From Candidatus Sigynarchaeum calidifontis (GTDB lineage: Archaea > Asgardarchaeota > Lokiarchaeia > Sigyniarchaeales > Sigyniarchaeaceae): DNA of 21,172 nucleotides. The translations under genes and the position numbers were made by a program. Within the stretch, counting starts at the first letter, position 1; each line of letters opens with the position of its first letter. Location: the NCBI GenBank assembly GCA_030587475.2, contig JAUQYZ020000043.1:1-21172 (forward strand), given 5' to 3'. This document shows, piece after piece, positions 7,676 to 15,614 of the stretch. The notes under the pieces are model-generated. The model saw nothing but the letters and a program-made list of their open reading frames with translations, was not told the DNA's origin and made no database searches.

Positions 7676-8119
7676 TCAAGAGTACCCGTTCAGCATTAGT
7701 TGGAGTCGCTGGATGGACTCCTCGTAGATGCGCTCGACGATCGTGTATTCTTCGTCGGAAAAATCGCCCTGGAGGTGAAAGACCAGCTCGGAAAAGGGTT
7801 CCTGCTGGAAATAGGCAAGGATGGGCTTCGATTCCTTCAAGAAATAGTCCTCTGTCTTCTTGGAGGGGAACTCGTCAGTGACGAACGAGAGCATAAGGAT
7901 CTCCACGTTACCCCGGGATTTACTCGACTTGATCGTGAATTGCAAATTGTACGTCGTGATGTTGCCAATGCGGACGATGAAATAGTCAGTTGATGGCTTG
8001 AGCGTGAGCATGGAGGAGATCTCCTCCTTAATATTTTCGCTCACGAAGCCATCGGTAACGAGGAAATGCGGCATCGGCCCATTGACAGGATTAAAGGAGG
8101 ACACGACGATCGTTTTCAT
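7676..8119 (-). CDS. Stand-alone longin-fold protein of uDENN/NPR2/folliculin type
   Basis: 'IVVSSFNPVNGP' (strand-F-x-x-x-x-GP) and 'NLQFTIKSSKSRGNVEILMLSFV' (F.l....ARG....l.l) are hallmarks of uDENN/NPRL2/FLCN N-terminal longins. TTAAATAT box about 25-30 nt upstream of the ATG at 8119. Confidence 0.6.
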   Translation of the reverse strand: MKTIVVSSFNPVNGPMPHFLVTDGFVSENIKEEISSMLTLKPSTDYFIVRIGNITTYNLQFTIKSSKSRGNVEILMLSFVTDEFPSKKTEDYFLKESKPILAYFQQEPFSELVFHLQGDFSDEEYTIVERIYEESIQRLQLMLNGYS

Positions 8120-8219
8120 CGGCAAATATTTTTCATCGGCGCATATTTAAGCCATATGAGACCGGGGAAACACTTGCGGGATATCGGTTCGATCTTGTTA
8201 GAAACACGTGCACGTGTTC

Positions 8220-9593
8220 TCAAAAACCAAAGATTTCCTTGGGACCATCGTAACAGACGCGCCTCGCCAGCTTGATTGCCAGGACCTCCGGTACTTGCCC
8301 TTTCTCGACCATTGCCCCGAGCACGTCGGCGAGCACGCGCCTGAACATCTCCGTGCGCGAGCCATACGACATCAGCTTCCGCGAATCGGTAACCATTCCC
8401 GCGAAGTTTGCCAGCAAGTCGACAGAACCGATGTACTCGAGCTGGCGTCGCATGCCGACCGGCGAGTCGTTGAACCACCACGCGGAACCGAGGTTCACGT
8501 CCTTGCCGAACGCACGCGTGATCGTGGCCAACGCGGGCCAATGAACCGGATCGAGGGAATAGAGCACGACCTTGAGCTTGCCATCGAACGCGTTGAGCAA
8601 GGCCTTGAGCGGCTCGACGAGGGGGATCGCGGGGTCGCATATGTCGCCACCGGTATCAGGGCCAAGATTCTCGAAAAGTACCGCCCGGTAATCGCGCACG
8701 GCACCGACATGGATTTGCATGACCCATCCCGACTTGCTATTCATGGCCGCGTATTGGTGCATCATGTAGGAGATGTAGTCCCGGATCTCGTCCGAGTCCA
8801 CGGCCTTGCCGGCCATGCGCTTCTTGAAAATCTCGTCCGCGCGACTCTCGGGCACGTTGTACCCGAACGGCGTGTGGATGCCGTGGTCGCTCGCCCGGCA
8901 GCCATGAACTTCGAAGTAGTCATGCGTGGCCTGCAGCGCCGAGACGAGCCCGGAAATGTCGGCGATCTTCGTTCTCGTGCGTGCTTCTAGCTTCTTGATG
9001 TAGTCGGGAAAATCCGTCTTGAAGATGTTCATCGACCTGTCGGGACGCCACGTGGGCAGCACCCGGGGGATGCCCTTCAACGTCGCGATGGCCTCGTGGT
9101 GCTCGAGCGTGTCGACCGGGTCATCGGTCGAGCACATGACCTCGACCCGCATGGCCACGAGCAAGTCTTGTGGTTTCATGCCGGGCCTGGCAAGGCGGGC
9201 CTTGGCGTGATCCCAGATCAGCTTGGCATTCCCCTTGTTGATCATGGCGGTGATGCCCAAGCGGCGCTGTAAATCCAGATGGATCCACTCGTATGTCGGG
9301 TTGCCGGCGAAATCCTCGAACACGGTGGCTAGCGCGTGCCACTTTTCTTCGTTGGATGCATCACCCGTGATCAAGCGCTCGGGCACGCCACGCTTGCGCA
9401 TCAATTCCCACACGTAATGATCCGTGGCAGCCTCAACTTGCCAGATATCGATGTAATTCTTGTTATCGAGGATCTCCTTCACGTTGGCATGGTTATGAGC
9501 GTCGATAATAGGGAGATCCTTGATCTCGCTAAAGATCTTCTTGGCCGTGCCGTTCGTGAAGAGATACTCATCACCCAGAAAGGTCGTCATCAT
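8220..9593 (-). CDS. uxaC: Uronate (glucuronate) isomerase
   Basis: Motifs LPIIDAHNH, DHYVWELMR, GNPTYEWIHLDL, STDDP, PTWRPD, SDH, QIHVGA, WWFND and GMVTDSRKLMSYGSRTEMFRR. Start placed at 9593/9590. Confidence 0.97.
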   Translation of the reverse strand: MMTTFLGDEYLFTNGTAKKIFSEIKDLPIIDAHNHANVKEILDNKNYIDIWQVEAATDHYVWELMRKRGVPERLITGDASNEEKWHALATVFEDFAGNPTYEWIHLDLQRRLGITAMINKGNAKLIWDHAKARLARPGMKPQDLLVAMRVEVMCSTDDPVDTLEHHEAIATLKGIPRVLPTWRPDRSMNIFKTDFPDYIKKLEARTRTKIADISGLVSALQATHDYFEVHGCRASDHGIHTPFGYNVPESRADEIFKKRMAGKAVDSDEIRDYISYMMHQYAAMNSKSGWVMQIHVGAVRDYRAVLFENLGPDTGGDICDPAIPLVEPLKALLNAFDGKLKVVLYSLDPVHWPALATITRAFGKDVNLGSAWWFNDSPVGMRRQLEYIGSVDLLANFAGMVTDSRKLMSYGSRTEMFRRVLADVLGAMVEKGQVPEVLAIKLARRVCYDGPKEIFGF

Positions 9594-9778
9594 ATCCACA
9601 TCTCGCGTGAAAGCAAAAAAGGTTCCCACGCGAGCCCTTGTGCGCTCGCGTCGTGACTTGATCATGTACTATTAAAAGAGAGAAGATTAGCACGACATCG
9701 GTCAAATAAATTGAGCACAAGAAAGAGGATAAAGGTATAATGTGAAATATTCTTAAATAAATGAGAATAATATAAGAA

Positions 9779-10909
9779 TTACTTGGAACGCGCCTTTTTT
9801 TCCTTTACATACCTGATAGCTCTAATAAAAATGCTCGGCGTGAAGTACCACTGCATCCGGTCAAATGGCACGAGCACGGCATAGTATAGCGCGAGCATGA
9901 TCACGACGCTCACGATTCCCATCAACGGGGATATAGGCCACGGGGCTGTCTTGTACGTGTCAACGAGATCGAGCAAGTCCCAGACGATAAATTGAAATGG
10001 GAGCGCTAGCATGAACGCGAGCAACGTGTTGCGTCCGAACGGGTTCAACCCGATAACGGAGAACTTCTTGGTTTCCAGGTAATGAAATATCACGAGCAAG
10101 AACCCGCCCGCCCCGATGCTCATGAGAACGATCGAGACGTTCATCGCATGATGGTCTGCCCACCAGAAATAATCCATGATGAAGCACGCGACCCACGCGA
10201 TGACCGAGGCCTTCATGATGCGTCGCAGCGCATCATCCATGGAATTGGTATCCCTGGCACGTACGAACCATTCCATGAAGATGCCTCCTTGTATGGCGAC
10301 GATGGTAGCGCCGAGCAGGTTAAGGGGAATGATGGCAATGCCGTTCGTTGGACCTCCATTCAAGATATACGGTGGCGCGTACAATATCCCCAGTGCTATC
10401 AAAAGCGCGATATTCAAGTACAAGCGCTTGTCAGGGTCCTTGACCAGGGCTGCTGCGAGCGTGGCAAAAACCATTGATGCTGCCAGCACCGCGAACGTGT
10501 TCGTTAAAAACATGGATGTCAGGTCAAAATCACCCATCACGCCCGCGATGAGGTAAAACCATCCCAATCGGACAAGGAGTTGCCCCACCGCATATCCCGT
10601 GCCACCTTTCGCCTTGTGTTGCTTCCAGGACAGCGGGATCATCAAGCCCATGACAAACACGAATAATAACTGGCCGATATCGATGAGGGTGATCATTTGC
10701 TTGTAATCGAAGTCGTAAAATTTCCATCCATGGTTCAACCAAGTTGGCCCGACGGGGAGCACGGGCGGGACCCCGGTGATGTTTCCAGACCAATTCCACG
10801 TGATATCGGCGATCACGAACAGTAATATCACGATACCTCGAAATTGGTCGATGAAACCGAATCGTTTTTCCTTGTCGACGACGATGAATTCTTGCTGCGT
10901 TTCGACCAT
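9779..10909 (-). CDS. Heparan-alpha-glucosaminide N-acetyltransferase-like (HGSNAT/NagX/DUF1624) polytopic membrane acyltransferase
   Basis: 'KRFGFIDQFRGIVILLFVIAD' (R..slD..RG), 'NHGW' (catalytic His position), 'TLIDIGQLLFVFVMGLMIPLS' and C-terminal 'FGRNTL'. About 10-11 TM segments. Confidence 0.8.
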   Translation of the reverse strand: MVETQQEFIVVDKEKRFGFIDQFRGIVILLFVIADITWNWSGNITGVPPVLPVGPTWLNHGWKFYDFDYKQMITLIDIGQLLFVFVMGLMIPLSWKQHKAKGGTGYAVGQLLVRLGWFYLIAGVMGDFDLTSMFLTNTFAVLAASMVFATLAAALVKDPDKRLYLNIALLIALGILYAPPYILNGGPTNGIAIIPLNLLGATIVAIQGGIFMEWFVRARDTNSMDDALRRIMKASVIAWVACFIMDYFWWADHHAMNVSIVLMSIGAGGFLLVIFHYLETKKFSVIGLNPFGRNTLLAFMLALPFQFIVWDLLDLVDTYKTAPWPISPLMGIVSVVIMLALYYAVLVPFDRMQWYFTPSIFIRAIRYVKEKKARSK

Positions 10910-11340
10910 AGAGATCAACCACTTAACTTCTCATCTAAATATATATGCTTTATGCCGTTTATGCCTATTATTGCTCAACATGTCTGATAACCATTCAATA
11001 TGCCAGTAAGTCCGCGTTTTTTATAAAAAAAAATACATCTACCAGAGATCTACATGTTTTTCATCGTCGTAGACGTCCTCCATATTCGCTTGGTTGTGTC
11101 CGTTATTGATAGAAAGAACCTTGCTCGATTTTAAAAAGATTTTTTTTTCATGTGGATTGGGATGAGATGATTTCCACGCAAAGAAGAGATTATGTTGCTA
11201 TTTTCTCACCGGGGAGAAAAAAATAAGTTTCTCCATAAAATCCGGCTAATTGAACGCCCAGGCAACTGCCGCGTGCCAGGGCGGGAAGTTATTAATATAC
11301 CCGAGTTGATTATGTTACCATCGTCGGGATGGTGAGAACG

Positions 11341-11760
11341 ATGCTGGATGGCGTGTACATCATAAAATCTTCGGGCGTGAGCTTCGCGGCCCTGGATAAC
11401 GGCACCGTCTCGACCACGAGCCCGGATCTCATGAGCCCTTTCTTCTCAGCACTTTCCGCGTTTACAACGGAAAACTTCAAGGCGAACATCAAGTGCATCA
11501 TCATCGATGACGAGGACGGTGTTGAAAAGAAGGTATACTTCAAGGATGTCAAGCTTTACTCGGATTCGTTCAAAGTCGTCGCCATATTCTCGAAACACAA
11601 CGCATCTTTCAAGGAAATCGATGCAAAAATGCTCCAATTTAAATGGCTCATGCAAGAGCGTGGCTGGTTCAAGTATTTGAACAGCGGATATATCCCTGAT
11701 AATGTCAAGCGTGATATCCAAGACAAGATCAAGGAGCTATTCGCCGTCGGCTCGAAATAA
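11341..11760 (+). CDS. Stand-alone longin-like domain protein (Asgard type)
   Basis: 'MLDGVYIIKSSGVSF...SPDLMSPFFSALSAFTTENF..NIKCIII' follows the longin pattern (strand-strand with xxG turn, then helix 'DL.sgF.sAl..F..E'). GGTGA RBS at 11331-11335 and TATA-like TTATTAATATA around 11289-11299. Confidence 0.7.
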   Translation: MLDGVYIIKSSGVSFAALDNGTVSTTSPDLMSPFFSALSAFTTENFKANIKCIIIDDEDGVEKKVYFKDVKLYSDSFKVVAIFSKHNASFKEIDAKMLQFKWLMQERGWFKYLNSGYIPDNVKRDIQDKIKELFAVGSK

Positions 11761-11778
11761 ATGGTATTTCACGCCTAA

Positions 11779-12783
11779 TCAAGTGCGGGTCGGAAATGGT
11801 GAGATGTTCTTCGAGACTTCCTTTTGCCTTTTTCTCGGCTTGCGGTTGATGAGCAGAACCGCCACGGATACGAGGGGAACAGACACCCACATGGCATCCG
11901 GTATCGGACGCGTGAAAAGCACGAACGCGAAAAATGCAGCGATAATCGGTTTCAAGAGCGAGAAGCTGATGCCGTGCGAGACATCGATCCACTTCACGCC
12001 GATGAAAAAGATGTAGAGGCCGATGCCGGACGAGACGATTGCCAAGAAAGCGATGAGACCCCATTCTGCGGCATCGTGCTGGAGGAAATCGGGGATTTCC
12101 TCGCTGAAAGGCAAGGTGATGGCGATGGGAATGCACGACAAGAAAAAACTCCAAATCGTGAACTTCACATCGACGTTCTCTATGCCCGGGTTCCGCCGGA
12201 ATATCTTCTTCCCGAGCACCGAGTAGAAGCCCCATATTGCTCCCGCGAGTACGAGCAAGATATTTCCCATGATCTTGTCAGGCTGCATGATGATCGCGAA
12301 GTTGAAATTCGTGAGCAAGATGAGGGTGCCGATGAACCCGATGATGAACCCGAGGATCTTGAGCGGGATATTATCGCGCTCGTTGAGGATGAAGATACTG
12401 TAGACCCCGATGAACAGCGTGTAGGACGTGTATAGTGCAGCGCCCACGTGTGCCTCGGTGCCATACAGCTGGATACCCAGGAAATAAATCATGTTGGAGA
12501 TGCCAAGGCCGACCACGCTCGATAAAAATAGCAGCGCTGGTTCTCTCTTGATCAATTCTCCGAAACCAGATAGATCTCCTCGCGCGATCATCACGACGAG
12601 GAGGAAAACGCCACCGAAAAAGAATCGATAGAACGACAGCGAAATGGAACCCACGCCCGATCCAGGAACACCTACCCGCGGTTTCAAGAGCCAGACGATT
12701 ATTTCGGAGAAGGACCAACAAAACACGCCAAAGAAACAGAGGAAATATCCCTTCGTCGAGGCTCGCATGAGTACTAGATTCAT
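11779..12783 (-). CDS. DMT-superfamily (EamA) transporter
   Basis: Ten TM helices in two repeats. Motifs 'FCWS', 'LSFYRF', 'ILNER', 'GNILLVLAGAIWGFYSVLGKK' and 'LLKPIIAAFFAFVLF'. The start could also be MRAST. Confidence 0.9.
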   Translation of the reverse strand: MNLVLMRASTKGYFLCFFGVFCWSFSEIIVWLLKPRVGVPGSGVGSISLSFYRFFFGGVFLLVVMIARGDLSGFGELIKREPALLFLSSVVGLGISNMIYFLGIQLYGTEAHVGAALYTSYTLFIGVYSIFILNERDNIPLKILGFIIGFIGTLILLTNFNFAIIMQPDKIMGNILLVLAGAIWGFYSVLGKKIFRRNPGIENVDVKFTIWSFFLSCIPIAITLPFSEEIPDFLQHDAAEWGLIAFLAIVSSGIGLYIFFIGVKWIDVSHGISFSLLKPIIAAFFAFVLFTRPIPDAMWVSVPLVSVAVLLINRKPRKRQKEVSKNISPFPTRT

Positions 12784-12941
12784 GGGTGCTTTTTAAGAGG
12801 TGGCCAAATCACGTGAATGCCACCCGATCGCTTCACGAGGGGTATCGATACGATTGACTGTGCGGAATAGCCGAACATGCGATTAGATTTAATATGCCAA
12901 TGACAATACATTGACAGAGCAACGGGAAATAAAACGGATCA

Positions 12942-13733
12942 ATGGAACAAGCCATGTCAAACGAAGAAAAACTCGCTCGGGTGTTGGATTTCATCTCCAA
13001 GGGTTTGGATTCGCTAGGCGAACAACTCCAAGAGACCAGCAAGGCAATTGCTTCTTTTCAAGAAGCTATCAAAAACGCCAAGAGCGATCTATCGGGTGTC
13101 GACGTTGGTCCCGTCGGCAAGAAAAGCCGTGGCGGATTCTTTGGCGGAAAAGCCAGCAAAGCGGGATCCGTTGACAAGCAAGCCGCGGCGAACACCTTGA
13201 TCGGGTTACTCGGTGGTGGCGGTGCAAAAGCACCAGGATCGACAGGTTCCTCGAGCGGTGGCTTGTTTGGCGGGGGGACTGCAAAAGCTTCAACAGGCGG
13301 CCTTCCAAGTGGCCCTGGCGGACTCCCGACCGCGCCGGGCTTGCCGGGCATACCAGCAGCACCGAAAGGTCCCAGTCTCGGCCTGAGCCTTGGTGGTGAT
13401 GAAGGTTCAAAACCTGGCGGGTTACCAACTGGCCTTCCGAGCGCGCCTGCTGGCCTTCCGGGTGCGCCTGCAGGATTACCAGGCATCCCGTCCATGCCGA
13501 GGGCACCGGGCCCTCCAAGCTTGCCTGGGGGTGCGCCGACGGTCCCGAGTCCCCCGATGGGCGGCGGCATTCCAGCACCACCAGCACCGCCAGGTCCACC
13601 AGGCATAGGAGGCGCCCCGATAGCCGCACCGCCAGCAGCCGGTGGTGCTGCTGGCGGGGCTTTCAAGTCGTTACGTGACGAGATGCTATCCGAATTAAAC
13701 CGATTGAAAAAGATAATGGGTGGCGCGAAGTAA
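12942..13733 (+). CDS. Coiled-coil + Gly/Pro-rich disordered protein with a C-terminal amphipathic helix ending in LKKI (WH2-like or MIM-like)
   Basis: N-terminal heptad-rich helix (LARVLDFISKGLDSLGEQLQETSKAIASFQEAIKNAK), about 110 aa of LPxxP/PPxPP repeats, and C-terminal FKSLRDEMLSELNRLKKIMGGAK. An AT-rich promoter region lies upstream and T-tracts lie downstream. Alternative start at 12954. Confidence 0.8.
   Translation: MEQAMSNEEKLARVLDFISKGLDSLGEQLQETSKAIASFQEAIKNAKSDLSGVDVGPVGKKSRGGFFGGKASKAGSVDKQAAANTLIGLLGGGGAKAPGSTGSSSGGLFGGGTAKASTGGLPSGPGGLPTAPGLPGIPAAPKGPSLGLSLGGDEGSKPGGLPTGLPSAPAGLPGAPAGLPGIPSMPRAPGPPSLPGGAPTVPSPPMGGGIPAPPAPPGPPGIGGAPIAAPPAAGGAAGGAFKSLRDEMLSELNRLKKIMGGAK
13431..13487 (+). 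repeat. In-frame 21-bp tandem repeat encoding GLPSAPA / GLPGAPA / GLPGI
   Basis: ggccttccgagcgcgcctgct, ggccttccgggtgcgcctgca, ggattaccaggcatc. Confidence 0.75.
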
Positions 13734-13828
13734 CCATCCGATTCCTTTGTTTTCTCGCATGATAATTTCTTTTTCGTCTTATTAGCATATTAATAATAAA
13801 AATGGCAAATCGATAGGATTGAACGTAT

Positions 13829-14284
13829 CTATCGTGGTGCTTGATGCGATATCCAGCGGCTAGAGCCGTCCGAGTAGATTTCCTTCTTCCAAAGTGGCGT
13901 TTCCTTCTTGTAACGATCCACGACATTCTCGAGTGCCTTGAATCCCTCGCTTCTATGCGCTGAACTGATAAAGACGTGTACCATCGGCTCCCCGAGCTCG
14001 AACGTGCCAGTCAGATGGATGATCACGACCTTGTGTATACCCGCAAGAGCTTCTGTCTCCGTGGCAATACGCTGGAGAACCCCGCTGGAGACGCCCTCGA
14101 TCGCTTCGATCTCGATCTGGCGGGTCTTGGCAACGCCCGCGTCGCCATCCTTGGAATCGCCACGAACCGTGCCCGTGAAAGTCACGATAGCACCACACTC
14201 GTGACCTTTAATGGACGATCGGAACATCTCGAAAAGTTCACCGAATGGCAGCGCGGATTCCTTCGGAATGGTGCCAGATTTCAT
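13829..14284 (-). CDS. moaE: Molybdopterin synthase catalytic subunit
   Basis: Motifs GAIVTFTGTVRG, HLTG, SSAHRSEGF and KKETPLWKKE...W. A GGAGGT RBS inside the end of moaD supports the ATG at 14284. Confidence 0.95.
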   Translation of the reverse strand: MKSGTIPKESALPFGELFEMFRSSIKGHECGAIVTFTGTVRGDSKDGDAGVAKTRQIEIEAIEGVSSGVLQRIATETEALAGIHKVVIIHLTGTFELGEPMVHVFISSAHRSEGFKALENVVDRYKKETPLWKKEIYSDGSSRWISHQAPR

Positions 14285-14288
14285 CGCG

Positions 14289-14594
14289 TCAACCTCCTGA
14301 AAAGGGTGGGAGAATGCCAAGTTCGTCCGAATCCTTCAACACGTGATCCATGGCCTCTTGCGGGTTCATGATGTGCTTGTTGAGCATGATCTTGTATCCC
14401 GGTGCTATTACAAAACCTCCGACCGTGTTGGTAACGATTACTCTTCCCGCTAGCTTCTTTCCGGTCGCAGCGTCCAACGCACGTAAGAAGTCCGATAACG
14501 TGCACATGTTGTCGGGGAGGACTATACTCACTGCCTTTGTCCCGGCAAGGTCACTTGCCTCGCCAAAGAGCAACGCTGTCATCCTCAATGGCAT
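14289..14594 (-). CDS. moaD: Molybdopterin synthase sulfur-carrier subunit (MoaD/ThiS/SAMP ubiquitin-like)
   Basis: 'LFG...DLAG', 'LKDSDELGILPPFSGG' with C-terminal GG. It sits between moaA and moaE and has a GGTGAGG RBS. Confidence 0.92.
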   Translation of the reverse strand: MPLRMTALLFGEASDLAGTKAVSIVLPDNMCTLSDFLRALDAATGKKLAGRVIVTNTVGGFVIAPGYKIMLNKHIMNPQEAMDHVLKDSDELGILPPFSGG

Positions 14595-15565
14595 CCGGTA
14601 CCCTCACCTATCATATATGGCGCCCGTGCTTGAATGGCTTTCAACACCAGAGCCCGGACCTCGCTCCCGGGGCGTTTCTCGCGGATCTTGGTGATTAGGT
14701 CAAAGCTCGTCCCCGCTTTCATCAAACATGGTTTTATTTTTCCCTCTGCAGTAACGCGAATCTTGGTGCAGTGCGCGCAGAATTCGGCGGATGGTTTGAT
14801 CACCTCGATCGATGCGCCGTTCGTGAAGAATACCAGCTTTCGATGCTGCAAGTTCCGGAATTCCACATGGTCGACCGGTTTCGAGATGCGTTTCAAAGTG
14901 GATTCGACATCAAGATGATGTTTCTCGTAAAAGGCTCGTTTCTCTGGATTAGTATCCGGGATCTCGTGCAGTTCGATGATCTGCAGCCGCAGTCCCTTGT
15001 TCCCGCAGAAATCGAGCATCGCGTCCAGTTCACCATCGTTGATGCCCTTCATAATCACGTAATTGATCTTGACCGGCACGAGGCCCGCGGTGATAGCAGC
15101 GTCGATTCCCTCGAGCACATTGCTCAAGCCGTCAACGCGTGTTATCATCTTGTATGTACTATCTCGCAGTGAACACAAGGAAATGTTCACCCGATTCAGG
15201 CCAGCAGCCTTCAGCGCAATAGCAAGGCGAGCCAGGTAAAACCCATTCGTTGTCATCGAGATTTCGTTGATCGTGGGGATGCTCGATATGGCTTTTACAA
15301 CACCGATGACGTCCGGATGCACCAATGGCTCGCCCCCGGTGATTTTTACCTTCTTGATGTCGCCGATCTCATTGAATGCTTGCACGATAGATGCTATCTC
15401 AGCCGCTGAGAGCATGTGGCCGTCAACAGGTGTCACATTACCTTCCTTGTCGCAATAGATACAATTGTAATTGCAGTCCCGGTTGATCGATAGCCGGAGA
15501 TAGTTGACCGGGCGGTTGTAATCGTCTCGGAGATTCATGGAATGATCAACACTTGAATTATCCAT
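14585..15565 (-). CDS. moaA: GTP 3',8-cyclase (radical SAM), archaeal type
   Basis: D.YNRPVNYLRLS, CNYNCIYC, KITGGEP, MTTNG, RVNISL, VKIN and FCAHCTKIRVTAEGKIKPCL. It ends in R.PY rather than the bacterial GG. The start may be MNLRDD. Confidence 0.96.
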   Translation of the reverse strand: MDNSSVDHSMNLRDDYNRPVNYLRLSINRDCNYNCIYCDKEGNVTPVDGHMLSAAEIASIVQAFNEIGDIKKVKITGGEPLVHPDVIGVVKAISSIPTINEISMTTNGFYLARLAIALKAAGLNRVNISLCSLRDSTYKMITRVDGLSNVLEGIDAAITAGLVPVKINYVIMKGINDGELDAMLDFCGNKGLRLQIIELHEIPDTNPEKRAFYEKHHLDVESTLKRISKPVDHVEFRNLQHRKLVFFTNGASIEVIKPSAEFCAHCTKIRVTAEGKIKPCLMKAGTSFDLITKIREKRPGSEVRALVLKAIQARAPYMIGEGTGCH

Positions 15566-15614
15566 TGGCGTAAGGCATTTTTGGTTTCTGGTTCTTTTTT
15601 TCCAACGAGATTCA

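Noticed and set aside
13300-13650. Collagen-like interpretation of the Gly/Pro tract
   Set aside because: Gly is not maintained at every third residue, so there is no continuous Gly-X-Y run.
13058-13666. 202-aa Pro/Gly-rich ORF on the minus strand
   Set aside because: Antisense shadow of the 12942..13733 gene (GGN/CCN codon symmetry), with no structured termini.
14289-14594. Eukaryote-type ubiquitin system
   Set aside because: The GG-ending protein sits between moaA and moaE with MoaD motifs, and no E1/E2/RING/JAB genes are in the window.
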